The position numbers and the translations under genes were made by a program. Shown piece after piece: positions 26,162 through 36,120 of a stretch of DNA of 64,000 nucleotides. This DNA comes from Candidatus Sericytochromatia bacterium (GTDB lineage: Bacteria > Cyanobacteriota > Sericytochromatia > S15B-MN24 > JAQBPE01), in NCBI GenBank assembly GCA_035285125.1, contig JAYKHR010000045.1, forward strand, positions 214,691 through 278,690, read 5' to 3'. The notes beneath the pieces are model-generated. The model did no database searches. It saw nothing but the letters and a program-made list of their open reading frames with translations, and was not told where the DNA came from. The stretch's first letter is position 1, and every line of letters starts with the position of its first letter.

Positions 26162-27052
26162 ATGGCGAGCCCCGTCGAGCCAGCCTGGCTCTCTTCCCTG
26201 TGGGAGCTGCTCACGCTGCAGCCCGACTTCCTGCGCCTCAGCCTGGCGGGCACGGCGCTGATCGGCGTGTCGTGCGGCGTGCTGGGCTGCTTCATCATCC
26301 TTCGCCGCCTCGCGCTGTTCGGCGACGCCCTCGGCCACGCCGTCCTGCCGGGCGTGCTGCTTGGTTGGGTGCTTGGCGGGTGGTCCTACCCCGCCATCTT
26401 CGGCGGGGCGCTGGTGGCCGGCCTCGTGGCGGCGGGCCTGGTGGCCGTGATCCCGCGGATCACCCGCCACCGCCCCGACACCGCCATCGGCGTGGTGTTC
26501 ACGGGGATGTTCGGGCTCGGCGTCGCCATCCTGAGCACGCGTCAGGTGGGCTCGGGAGGCGTGACGAGCCTCCTGTTCGGCCAGGCCCTCGGCATCGGGC
26601 CCGACGACGTCGCCAGGGCTGCGGTGTTGCTCGCCGGGACGCTTCTGCTGCTGGCCCTCGGGTGGCGCCCCCTCCAGCTGCTGACCTTCGACCCTGAGGG
26701 CGCTGCAGCGCGTGGGCTGCCCGTCTTGGCCCTGACAGCAGCCCTGATGCTGGCGCTCACGGGCACCGTCGTCGTGAGCCTGCCGATCGTGGGCGCCCTG
26801 CTCGTGGTGGCCCTGCTCGTGATTCCCGGGGCCACGGCCTTCCTGCTCGTGGATCGGTTCGGCCCCATGCTGGCGCTGGCGGGCCTGGTCGGTGGCCTTG
26901 CCGCCTTCGGCGGGCTGGCCCTCAGCCACCTCTGCGGCTGGGCCAGCGGGGCCTCCATCGTCCTGGCGGCGGCCTGTGAGTTCGCTCTGGCCCTGGTCGT
27001 GCACACCACGCGCCGGCGGCTGCGCCCGGGAGGGCCTGCCGCCCGTGCCTGA
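26162..27052 (+). CDS. Mn/Zn ABC transporter permease
   Basis: ALFGDALGHAVLPG, DTAIG; multiple TMs. Confidence 0.92.
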   Translation: MASPVEPAWLSSLWELLTLQPDFLRLSLAGTALIGVSCGVLGCFIILRRLALFGDALGHAVLPGVLLGWVLGGWSYPAIFGGALVAGLVAAGLVAVIPRITRHRPDTAIGVVFTGMFGLGVAILSTRQVGSGGVTSLLFGQALGIGPDDVARAAVLLAGTLLLLALGWRPLQLLTFDPEGAAARGLPVLALTAALMLALTGTVVVSLPIVGALLVVALLVIPGATAFLLVDRFGPMLALAGLVGGLAAFGGLALSHLCGWASGASIVLAAACEFALALVVHTTRRRLRPGGPAARA

Positions 27053-27893
27053 GTGGTCGTCCAGCCTCACGGCCCCCTGGTTCTGGCACGCCACGCTGCA
27101 GGTCGTCGTGGTGGGCGTGCTGTGCAGTCTCGTCGGCGTGTTCCTGATCCTGCGGCGGCTCAGCCTGCTGGCGGACGCCGTCAGCCACTCCGTGCTGCCG
27201 GGCGTGGTGCTCGGCTGGCTGGTGGGGGGCTACTCCGTCGTCGCCTTCCTGACCGGGGCGGTGGCCTCTGGGCTTGCTTGCGTCGGGATGACGGGGTGGA
27301 TCACCCGGCACACCCGGCTCAAGGAGGACGCGGCCATGGGCGTCTCCTTCTCGGCCCTCTTCGCCACGGGCATCGTCATGGTCTCCGCCGTGCGCGGGCT
27401 CGACCTCGACCCCGGCTGCGTGGTCTACGGGGAGCCCCTGGCCTCCCGGCCCGAGAGCCTCGTCGTTGCAGGCATCCTGCTTGCGGTCACGCTCCTCGCG
27501 GGCGCCTTGGCCTACCGCCCGTTGGTCGCCGCCACCTTCGACCCCGTCCACGCAGAGGTGGCTGGCGTCCCGACTGGCCTGCTCCACCTCACGCTGCTGA
27601 CCCTCGTCGCGCTGGCCACCGTGGCGGCCCTGCGGGCCGTCGGCATCGTGCTCGCCATCGCCTTCTTCATCACGCCGGGCGCGACGGCCATGTTGCTGGC
27701 CCGACGGCTGCCCGGCGTGCTGGCGGGGGCCGTCGCGCTGGCTGCGGGCGAGGCGGTCGCAGGGATGGCCGTGGCCGTCTGGCTCAACGCCAGCCCGGCC
27801 GGGGTGACGGCCACGCTCGGCCTCGCGGGGTTCTTGCTGGTGGCCGCCGGCCGGGCGTGGCGGCTGAGGTGGCTCTCCCGCCGCCCAGCGTGA
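27045..27893 (+). CDS. second Mn/Zn ABC transporter permease
   Basis: SLLADAVSHSVLPG, KEDAAMG, TFDP; GTG start overlapping the upstream stop. Confidence 0.9.
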   Translation: MPEWSSSLTAPWFWHATLQVVVVGVLCSLVGVFLILRRLSLLADAVSHSVLPGVVLGWLVGGYSVVAFLTGAVASGLACVGMTGWITRHTRLKEDAAMGVSFSALFATGIVMVSAVRGLDLDPGCVVYGEPLASRPESLVVAGILLAVTLLAGALAYRPLVAATFDPVHAEVAGVPTGLLHLTLLTLVALATVAALRAVGIVLAIAFFITPGATAMLLARRLPGVLAGAVALAAGEAVAGMAVAVWLNASPAGVTATLGLAGFLLVAAGRAWRLRWLSRRPA

Positions 27894-27901
27894 GCCCGCC
27901 C

Positions 27902-28624
27902 TCAGTCGCGCTCCAGGGCCTCGCGGCGCCTCCGCGCCTCGTCGGCCAGGGCCCGCAGCTGATCCTCCACGTAGGCCAGGCCCCGGGCCGAGGCCTTGCG
28001 CCCCTCGGCGCCGAAGATCGCCCGGCTGACGTCACCCAACAGGTCGCCGAGCCGCTCACCCTCGTGGGCCTCGTCGGGTCGGAAGGTCTCGCCGCAGCCC
28101 AGGCAGCGCTGGGCTGCCCCAGGGGCCGCCGTGACGAGGTTGCGCTGCTGGCAGTGCGGGCAGCGCGCCTGGCTGCCCGCAGCTGGCGGCGGGGCCTCGT
28201 GGGCGGCGTCCCTCGGCTCGCCCCGCGCGGGCGTCCCGAGGCTGTGGCCGCACTGGCTGCAGCGGGCCGCCACGACGCGCGGGTCGGCAGCCACCCGGTT
28301 CAGGGCGCCACACTGATCGCACAGGGCCACCGAGGTCTTGCCTGACGGCGGCCGCGGCGAGGCGCCGCCGGTGGACCGGGGGCTCGGCCGCGCAGGCTGC
28401 CCCGCGGCTGGCCGGGCCTTGTGGTCGCGGTCATAGGCTGCGCGCCGGCCCGCGTCCAGCAGCACGTCAGCGGCCTCGTTCACGGCGGCCAGCGCCGCCG
28501 CGTCGCCCCCGAGGTCCGGGTGCAGTCGCTTGGCCAGGGCCCGATAGGCCGCCTTGATCTCCCGTTCGGAGGCCGCTGGCGAGACGCCGAGGCGCTCGTA
28601 GAAGTCGTCCGTGGAGCGCGGCAC
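27902..28624 (-). CDS. J-domain protein with two zinc ribbons
   Basis: FYERLGV..IKAAYRALAKRLHPD; CDQC..CSQC; CPHC..CLGC. Confidence 0.8.
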   Translation of the reverse strand: MPRSTDDFYERLGVSPAASEREIKAAYRALAKRLHPDLGGDAAALAAVNEAADVLLDAGRRAAYDRDHKARPAAGQPARPSPRSTGGASPRPPSGKTSVALCDQCGALNRVAADPRVVAARCSQCGHSLGTPARGEPRDAAHEAPPPAAGSQARCPHCQQRNLVTAAPGAAQRCLGCGETFRPDEAHEGERLGDLLGDVSRAIFGAEGRKASARGLAYVEDQLRALADEARRRREALERD

Positions 28625-28629
28625 GGGCG

Positions 28630-29814
28630 TCAGAGCCGCACGGAGAGCTCGCGGCCGACCCGCTCGGCCAGGGCCGACAGGCGTGCCTGAAGGGCGGCCT
28701 CGCTGCCCTCCGTCACGAGCAGCCCGAGGTGGTGGGGCTTGGCTGGCAGGGCCTGCACGCCGGGCTCCACGTACGGCGTCGCATCCGGACGCTCCGTGGC
28801 CGTGGCGGTGGCGAGCACGCCCGCGTACACGTCCTTGCTCCGGGTCACCGAGTAGGGGGGCTGCACCTCGCCGACCTCGAGCCGGGCCCACTCGGCCCAC
28901 AGGTTGATGCCACTCTCAGCCTCGATCATGTCCTCGATCAGCCCCGCGCCCACGCGGGCGCTGGCCTCGAGGAAGTAGAACTCGCCGTCCTCCGCACCCC
29001 GGATGTACTCGATGTGGAACACCCCGGCCAGCATCCCGAAGGCCGCGATGACCTGGCGGTTGAGGGCGTAGAGGGCCTGGGCCTCCTCGCCTTGCTCCTC
29101 GAGGCGCCAGGTGGTGTAGACGCCGCCCTGCGTGTGGAGGTCCAAGATGGGGGTGCCATAGCGGTGGGCCGACTCGAAGACCACCTGACCGCCCGTCACC
29201 ACGCCGTCTACGTGGTACACCGTGCCTGGCGTGTAGCGCTCCAGCACGTGGTGGCTGGCCCGGTCGCCCAGCGCGTCGAGCGCCTTCCAGACCGCGTCCC
29301 GGTCGCTGAGCTTCTGGATGCCCTTCGACGACGCGGCCATCCGAGGCTTGAGCACCCATGGCCCCGGCACGTCCTGCAGGAACTGGGCGATCGCGGGGTG
29401 GTGAATGGCCCCGATGTAGGCTGGAACCTTGATGCCACGTCCCGCGGCCCGCTCGCGCATCGCCAGCTTGTCACGGAAGTAGCGGGCCGTGGTCTCCCCC
29501 ATCCCCGGGATCCGCAGGTGCTCGCGGAGCCGGGCGGCGATTTCGATGTCGTACTCGCCAGGGCCCACGAGCCGGTCGATCTGCTCCGTCCGGGCGAGGT
29601 AGCCCACCGCGTTCTCGACGCCGAGCGGGTCGAAGATGTCCGGGACGGCGTAAAGCGCGTCCATCAGGTCCCGCGGCCAGTCGTAGCCCAGCGCGTCCGC
29701 CCGCGTCAGCACCACCACGCGGTGCCCCTGGCGCTTGAGTTCGCGAAGGAACGACTCTGCATAGAGGCCGTGGGTGGCGGCCATGACGACGAAGAAATGC
29801 AGCGGCTTGGTCAT
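28630..29814 (-). CDS. ATP-grasp domain protein
   Basis: FRDKLAMR, WVLKPR..ASSKGI, LERY, FHIEY, YFLEASARVG; TAAGAT -10 6 nt before ATG. Confidence 0.85.
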   Translation of the reverse strand: MTKPLHFFVVMAATHGLYAESFLRELKRQGHRVVVLTRADALGYDWPRDLMDALYAVPDIFDPLGVENAVGYLARTEQIDRLVGPGEYDIEIAARLREHLRIPGMGETTARYFRDKLAMRERAAGRGIKVPAYIGAIHHPAIAQFLQDVPGPWVLKPRMAASSKGIQKLSDRDAVWKALDALGDRASHHVLERYTPGTVYHVDGVVTGGQVVFESAHRYGTPILDLHTQGGVYTTWRLEEQGEEAQALYALNRQVIAAFGMLAGVFHIEYIRGAEDGEFYFLEASARVGAGLIEDMIEAESGINLWAEWARLEVGEVQPPYSVTRSKDVYAGVLATATATERPDATPYVEPGVQALPAKPHHLGLLVTEGSEAALQARLSALAERVGRELSVRL

Positions 29815-29862
29815 GCGCCTATCTTACCCCATCGGGCCGGGCCCCCGTGCGGGTGGGCCCGC

Positions 29863-31524
29863 TCAACCCAGCAAGGTCTTGCGCTTTTGCTCCTCGAGCA
29901 CCTCCACGACCATCGCCTTGAGCTGCGCCTCGGTGCCCAGCGTGGCCGTGTGCCGAAGCAGCGAGCGGGCCGTGACGGTGACGAGGTCCCGCGTGAGCGC
30001 GACGTTGCTCGGGTCGTTCACGGCGCGCAGCATCGTGGCCTGCATCTGGGCCACGGTCTCGGCCACGGCCCGCCGGATCAGGAGCTCGGGCCAGTCGCCG
30101 AGCAGGGGGAGCTCCTTCAGCTGCGCGTAGGCGGGGGCTTGCTCCAGCGCCTGCTGGGCCGTCCGCGTGACCAGCGCCTCCAGGGTGGGTCGCACGTCGG
30201 GCAGCACGCGCTCGACGACCATCGCCAGGTTGGCTTCGATCAGGCCCTCAAGCTCCTTGCGCTGGCGCGGCGTCAGCGTGTCCAGGGCCTTCTCGAGGCT
30301 GAAGTCGCGCACGCCATCCTGGTAGCTCGACAAGAGCTTGACGTTCACCAGGTCCGCCACGGCGTCGAGGGGCCGGGCCAGGTAGGGCCGCATGATGGCC
30401 ACCGGGTTGATCAGCCCGAGCCGTTCCATCCGGGCGCTGACGGAGATGATCCGCACCACGTGCAGGGGGCCCTGCAGCGTGCTGGGCAGGGCGTACATGA
30501 AGAGGGGCAGCACATAAATCACGTCGTACCAGCGGGCCGCCACGAACAGCGTGAAGTTGGGGTACACGCCGCGCCTGACGCCCACCAGGCCGCGCGTCAG
30601 GAACTCCGCCACGAAGACGGGCAAGAACATGCAGTCGATGAGCCAGAAGAAGTTGGCCGGCTCCCCGTTCTCCCTGTACGTCTGCCAGTGGTTGCGGTCC
30701 AGCAGCGGCACGACCTCCGCCTCGAACCAGGCTGCCTCCCCCTCCAGCCTCTCGGGGGAGAGGTTTTCAGCGGACCAGAACCCGTCCAGCCGCCGGTCGG
30801 CGGACGGGACTGCTTGCTGCCGCCGGGCGGCGTAGGCGACCGACCCGATCATCGACTCGGTGGCCGACAGCGCGTCCCAGGGGTTCGTGGGCTTCAAGAA
30901 GCCCCAGAGCCTCACCTCCAGGGGCACCGGGCGCCCGCTGGCGTCCCGGTCGCGGCGCCACCGCTCCTGGCACCATGCCCAGGTATAGGGGGCCTTCCAC
31001 GTCCGCACGGCCTTGCGGAACCTCGGAGCCTCCTCCCAGGCGTGGCGCCTGAAGCGCGACTTGAGTCGCTCAGACACGCCCCGCAGCCCCGCCGTCAGGA
31101 AGGGGTCGCGGTCGACGAGGTCGGTCGACCGGCGCCGCATCTTGTCTATCGCGTCGCGTGCTGCAATGCTTTGCGGGCTCTTGGAGAGCAGCGCGAAGGC
31201 GGCGCGGGCCTCGCGCCCGTACGCCTCCGTCTCCCGGTGGGGCTCGATGCCCCGCACGGCGTCATACTTGGCGACCAGAGCCGACCAGCCCTGGGCCTGG
31301 TAGACGTGGCGGAAGGTGAGGTAGGTGTAGTCGAAGAGGACCAGCGTCAGGTTGACGATGGCCAGCACCAAGATCAGCCAGTTGGCCGAGACGTCGAAAA
31401 GACGCCACCCTCGCCCGGCAGAGGTGCCGAGGTCAGGAGACCGCTCGCCGGATAGGTTAGCCAGGCTTGCAACGGCGCGATCGAGTTCCGGGCGTGGGCC
31501 CGGCTCAGCGCCTGGGCGGGCCAC
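29863..31524 (-). CDS. conserved hypothetical membrane protein (start uncertain)
   Basis: [40 protein letters not shown] motifs; several TMs. Confidence 0.75.
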   Translation of the reverse strand: MARPGAEPGPRPELDRAVASLANLSGERSPDLGTSAGRGWRLFDVSANWLILVLAIVNLTLVLFDYTYLTFRHVYQAQGWSALVAKYDAVRGIEPHRETEAYGREARAAFALLSKSPQSIAARDAIDKMRRRSTDLVDRDPFLTAGLRGVSERLKSRFRRHAWEEAPRFRKAVRTWKAPYTWAWCQERWRRDRDASGRPVPLEVRLWGFLKPTNPWDALSATESMIGSVAYAARRQQAVPSADRRLDGFWSAENLSPERLEGEAAWFEAEVVPLLDRNHWQTYRENGEPANFFWLIDCMFLPVFVAEFLTRGLVGVRRGVYPNFTLFVAARWYDVIYVLPLFMYALPSTLQGPLHVVRIISVSARMERLGLINPVAIMRPYLARPLDAVADLVNVKLLSSYQDGVRDFSLEKALDTLTPRQRKELEGLIEANLAMVVERVLPDVRPTLEALVTRTAQQALEQAPAYAQLKELPLLGDWPELLIRRAVAETVAQMQATMLRAVNDPSNVALTRDLVTVTARSLLRHTATLGTEAQLKAMVVEVLEEQKRKTLLG

Positions 31525-31774
31525 CGGGTCCGCCCGGGCCTCCTGGGCCGAAGGACACCTTCTCGCGGAAGGTGATCCGGCCTCGCGTCAGGTCGTACGG
31601 CGAGAGCTCGACGCGGACCTTGTCTCCGAGCAGCACCTTGATGCGGAAGCGCCGCATGCGCCCCGCCAGGTGGCCGAGCACCTCGTGACCGTTTTCGAGG
31701 ATGATGCGGAACATGCCGTTGGAGAGAGCCTCCTGCACGGTGCCCGTCATCTCGAGGACGTCTTCTTTCGCCAT
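31505..31774 (-). CDS. infA: translation initiation factor IF-1 with Gly/Pro C-terminal extension
   Basis: [29 protein letters not shown]...[21 protein letters not shown]. Confidence 0.95.
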   Translation of the reverse strand: MAKEDVLEMTGTVQEALSNGMFRIILENGHEVLGHLAGRMRRFRIKVLLGDKVRVELSPYDLTRGRITFREKVSFGPGGPGGPGGPPRR

Positions 31775-32115
31775 CGTTCCGTCAGTCACGCTCCGTGGTC
31801 GCCCGGACGCTCTGGCCCGGGAGTGTGAGCTACGCCCCCATGCCCTGAGCACCAGAAGACGGCGCGGCGAGGCCTCGGTCCTCCCCAATCACCCCCTCAC
31901 CTCCCAATGAAAGGGTGCCGGAGCGGCTCCGACGCGTCGCCCGCTTGTCAAAGTTGCGCAGGAAGCGGGTTTGAACCCAACCGTATCATACCCTCGGGCG
32001 GGGCGGGAATGACGCAGATCACGCTTCGGGCCAATCCTTGGTACAATCTCGCTTTCCCTCCACCAGCCCGGCCCGCCCGGCTCGAGCGCCACGCCACGGG
32101 GTTGCCGCGACCGTT

Positions 32116-35100
32116 ATGCTCGATTGGGATCTCAAGAAGTGGGCCGACCCGGCCACCCTGCGGCGAGGCGCCGCCTACGTCAAGCGCGGCGCCGTCGGGC
32201 CCCGCACCGTGGCGGCGGGGCCCGGCGGCGCGCTGACGGTCCAGGCGGAGGTGGACGAAGGCGCCCTCGCCCCGATGGTCGTGAACCTGGCCTGGGATGG
32301 GCGGCAGCTGACGGCGACGTGCACCTGTCCGATGGCCCCGCCGTGCAAGCACACCGTGGCGGTCGCGTTGGCCCAGATGCAGGACCCCGCCCCCGACGTG
32401 CTGCCGAGCGCTGGCACGGGGCCACGCCCGGGGCAGGAGGTGTTGTTCTACAATGTGCACCTCGCGCCTCCGCCGAAGCGCATGGAGCGGGAGTACCTGC
32501 GCAGCCTGGCCGTCTGGCTGTCTCTGGAGCGCGCGATCGTCATGGAAGACGGCCTGCCGGGCATGCCCAGGCCCTTGGCGATGTGGGGGCCCATCAAGCG
32601 AGATGGGCTGACGGAGTCTGACCGGGCCGTGCTCGACCTGCTCGAGCCCTACTACCGCTCCCGCAACCGGGACTTCTCGTCCTCGCATGCCCACGGCATT
32701 CCGCTTCGCGACGACATGGTCAACCAGGTCTTCGCGCTCCTCGCCCGTTGCCCCTTCATTTTCGGCGCGGGACGGACCCCGCTCGAGCTGCGTCCCGACC
32801 AGCCCGTGCGGAGCGTTGGAGGCCCTTACGAGTCGCTGTGGGACATCGACGGCCAGCTGGTGACCGGGGTGCCCGTGCGGCTGGTGGGCCAGGACCCGCC
32901 CTGGCTGCTGGTGCGCGACGCGTTGCGGCCGCTGCTCGAGCCTCCCGTCGCCCCGGCGGCAGATGGTGACCCGGAGGCCGACGGCCCCGCCATCGAACTC
33001 AACCTGGCTGAGACCGTCCTCCACCCGCCCGTCGCGCCGCGCCCCCGGCTCAACCTGTCCGAGGAAGGGGACCGCCTGGTGGCCCGCCTGACCTTCCGTT
33101 ACGCCACCTCGTCGCCGGTCTCGCCACACGACGCGCGCTCCCTGGTGCCCGGCGAGGTGGAGGGCGCCTGGGGGGCCTGGGAGCGAGACCAGGCCGCCGA
33201 GCGGCTGCTGGTGGAGCGCCTGGCGGCCACGCCCCTCGACTCCCGTGGGGGGGGGCAGTACCTGGCTTGGGGAGAGCCCGCCCTGGCCTTCCTCATGGAG
33301 GGCGTGCCCGCGCTCATCGCCGAGGGCTGGGAGGTTTACGGCGAGGAGCGGCTTGCCCGGCTGCGCGTCAACCGCTCCTCGGCCCACGTCTCCATCGGCA
33401 TCAGCTCCGGCATCGACTGGTTCGACGTCAAGACGTCCGTGACGATCGACGGCGAGCAGGTGCCCTGGGCGGCGCTGCGCGAGGCCTTCCGCTCCAACTC
33501 GCGGTTCGTTCGGCTGGGCTCCGGGGCCTTCGGGCGCCTGCCCGAGGACTGGCTGACCCGCCAGGCTCAGCTGTCACAGAGCTTGGGCTTCTCTGGCGAG
33601 GAGGCCGAGGAAGGCTTCGTTCAGCGCCTTCCGCGTTATCTGGCGCCTGCGGCCCGGGAGATGCTGGAGGCCGTCGAGGACGCCAGCGTCGACGTCGACT
33701 GGCGCCGGTTCCTCTCCGGGTTGGAGGGCGTCGAGGCGATCCAGGAGGTGCCCACCCCGAAGGGCTTCCTCGGCGAGCTGCGCCACTACCAGTCCCGTGG
33801 CCTGGCGCGGCTTTGCTTCTGGCGGGACTACGGCCTGCACGGCATCCTGGCCGACGACATGGGCCTTGGCAAGACGATCCAGGCGATCGCGCTGCTGCTG
33901 GCCGAGCAGGAGGGTGGCAATGCCGGCCCGAGCCTGCTCGTGGCCCCCACCAGCGTGGTCTACAACTGGGAGCAGGAGATCGCCCGCTTCGCGCCAGGCC
34001 TCAAGGTGCTGGTGCTGCACGGACAGGACCGACACGCGCGGTTCGACGAGCTGCCCACGTCGGACGTGGTCATCACGAGCTACGGCCTGCTGCAGCGGGA
34101 CCGCTCCATCTTGCTGGAGCAGCCCTTCAACTACGCCATCCTCGACGAGGCCCAGAAGATCAAGAACCCGCGCTCCCAGGCGGCCAAGATGGCCTGTCGC
34201 ATCCGCGCCCGGCGCCGACTCTGCCTGACGGGCACCCCGATCGAGAACAACCTGCTGGAGTTCTGGAGCCTGTTCAACTACCTGATGCCCGGGCTGCTCG
34301 GCAACGAGCGGCACTTCCGGCAGACCTACTTCAAGCCCGACCCCGAGGACGCCGAGCTCGCGCGTGAGCGCCTGCGCCGGATGACGAGGCCGTTTTTGCT
34401 GCGCCGGCTCAAGCAGGACGTCGCCACCGACCTGCCACCGCGCAGCGAGATCGTTTCGTACTGCGAGCTCGGGCCCGAGCAGCGCAAGCTCTACGACGAC
34501 ACGCTGGCTGCCGTGCGGGGCCACATCTTCGCCGAGGTGCGCTCGCGGGGCTTGCGACGGGCCCACTTCCACGTGCTGGAGGGCCTGTTGAGGCTCCGGC
34601 AGGTCGCCTGCGATCCGCGCCTGGTGCTGCGGGACGACAGCCACGTGCCCTCCGCGAAGGTGGAGCACTTCATGGAGCTCCTGCGGGAGATGCTGGCAGA
34701 GGGCCATCGCGTGCTCGTCTTCTCGCAGTTCGTGAAGATGCTGGCCCTCCTGCGGGAGGCCTTGGAGGCCGAGGACATCCGGTACGCCTACCTCGACGGC
34801 CAGACCCGCGACCGCCTCGAGCGCGTGCAGCGGTTCAACCAGGACGACACGCCCGTGTTCCTTATCAGCCTGAAGGCAGGTGGCACCGGCCTCAACCTCA
34901 CGGGGGCCGACTACGTCATCCACTTCGATCCGTGGTGGAACCCCGCCGTGGAGGACCAGGCCACGGACCGGGCCCACCGCATCGGCCAGACCCGGCACGT
35001 CTTCAGCTACAAGATGATCGCCCGCGGCACCGTCGAGGAGAAGGTGTTGAGCCTTCAGGGTCAGAAGCGGCAGATCGTGCAGGACGTGCTTGGGGGCTCG

Positions 35101-35151
35101 GATCTCGGCGCCGAGCTGACGCTGGAGGACCTGACCTACCTCCTGACGTGA
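32116..35151 (+). CDS. SWIM-finger SNF2-family helicase
   Basis: CTCP..PCKH SWIM; LADDMGLGKT, LDEAQ, TGTPIEN, SLKAGGTGLNL, DRAHRIGQ. Confidence 0.93.
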   Translation: MLDWDLKKWADPATLRRGAAYVKRGAVGPRTVAAGPGGALTVQAEVDEGALAPMVVNLAWDGRQLTATCTCPMAPPCKHTVAVALAQMQDPAPDVLPSAGTGPRPGQEVLFYNVHLAPPPKRMEREYLRSLAVWLSLERAIVMEDGLPGMPRPLAMWGPIKRDGLTESDRAVLDLLEPYYRSRNRDFSSSHAHGIPLRDDMVNQVFALLARCPFIFGAGRTPLELRPDQPVRSVGGPYESLWDIDGQLVTGVPVRLVGQDPPWLLVRDALRPLLEPPVAPAADGDPEADGPAIELNLAETVLHPPVAPRPRLNLSEEGDRLVARLTFRYATSSPVSPHDARSLVPGEVEGAWGAWERDQAAERLLVERLAATPLDSRGGGQYLAWGEPALAFLMEGVPALIAEGWEVYGEERLARLRVNRSSAHVSIGISSGIDWFDVKTSVTIDGEQVPWAALREAFRSNSRFVRLGSGAFGRLPEDWLTRQAQLSQSLGFSGEEAEEGFVQRLPRYLAPAAREMLEAVEDASVDVDWRRFLSGLEGVEAIQEVPTPKGFLGELRHYQSRGLARLCFWRDYGLHGILADDMGLGKTIQAIALLLAEQEGGNAGPSLLVAPTSVVYNWEQEIARFAPGLKVLVLHGQDRHARFDELPTSDVVITSYGLLQRDRSILLEQPFNYAILDEAQKIKNPRSQAAKMACRIRARRRLCLTGTPIENNLLEFWSLFNYLMPGLLGNERHFRQTYFKPDPEDAELARERLRRMTRPFLLRRLKQDVATDLPPRSEIVSYCELGPEQRKLYDDTLAAVRGHIFAEVRSRGLRRAHFHVLEGLLRLRQVACDPRLVLRDDSHVPSAKVEHFMELLREMLAEGHRVLVFSQFVKMLALLREALEAEDIRYAYLDGQTRDRLERVQRFNQDDTPVFLISLKAGGTGLNLTGADYVIHFDPWWNPAVEDQATDRAHRIGQTRHVFSYKMIARGTVEEKVLSLQGQKRQIVQDVLGGSDLGAELTLEDLTYLLT

Positions 35152-35307
35152 GGGCCCCTGTCGGGTCCCGCACGGCATAGGCCTAAAAATTCCAGATAGC
35201 CAGGATTATAAATTGTTTCCGCGGGCCGGACCGTCAAGTGGGCAAGGGCGCCCCGCCACGGCGCTGGCGTGCCGGGCTCGGTGTCCGTCTGGTGTCCGGT
35301 GTCAGGT

Positions 35308-36120
35308 TCAGGCGGGCTGCAACGTCCGGGCTGTGACCGTGTGCAACCGTCGCACGCCCAGGGCACGCAGAAGGTCCAGCGCCTGGGCGTAGCCCGCCCC
35401 GACATCTTCGGGACGGTGGGCGTCCGAGCAGAGCACGAGCGGCACCTCCGCCTCCACGAGCATGGCGAGCCATTCGGGGGCCGGGTAGATCTCGCGAACC
35501 GGCTTGCGCCAGCCCGCCGTGCTGACCTCGACGGCCATCCCGCTGGCCTTGATTTTCGGCGTCAGGCGCCTGTACCACGCCATGGCCACGCGCGGGGCAT
35601 GGAAGCCGAAGACCTTGATCACGTCGGCATGGCCGATGATGTCGACGGGGCGCTCCTCGATCATCTGCTCCAGGATGCCGAAGTAGGTGTCGTGGATTTC
35701 CTCCACGTCCCCGCGCTCCCAGTGGTCGCGCATCTCATCGAGGTCGAAGCCGAAGCCCCCGAGCCAGTGCACGGAGCCAATGGCGTAGTCGAACGGGTGC
35801 TCCGCCAGGAAGCGCTTCATCGCCTCGCCGTTGTCGGGCATGTAGTCCATCTCGATGCCGATCTTGAGCTGGATGCCGCGGGCGCGAGCATCCAGCAACA
35901 GGCCGAGGTAGGCGTCGAGGTCCTCGGTCTTCTTGCGCTCCACCCAGGGATTCCACAGCAGGTGCTTGGTCTGATGGAAGCGGTAGGCATGCTCCGAGAT
36001 GCCGAGCTCGGTCACGCCGGCCTTGCGGGAGGAAGCCACGAACGTCTCCAGCCACTCCTGCGTGTAGGGGCCACGCTCGATGTGGACGTGGTAGTCCGTG
36101 ACCGTGTCGAAGGCGCGCAT
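35308..36120 (-). CDS. hisJ: PHP-family histidinol-phosphatase (HisJ-type)
   Basis: DYHVH, GISEH, GIEMDY, IGSVH, IGHAD, SDAH; SD GGAGGAG. Confidence 0.8.
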   Translation of the reverse strand: MRAFDTVTDYHVHIERGPYTQEWLETFVASSRKAGVTELGISEHAYRFHQTKHLLWNPWVERKKTEDLDAYLGLLLDARARGIQLKIGIEMDYMPDNGEAMKRFLAEHPFDYAIGSVHWLGGFGFDLDEMRDHWERGDVEEIHDTYFGILEQMIEERPVDIIGHADVIKVFGFHAPRVAMAWYRRLTPKIKASGMAVEVSTAGWRKPVREIYPAPEWLAMLVEAEVPLVLCSDAHRPEDVGAGYAQALDLLRALGVRRLHTVTARTLQPA

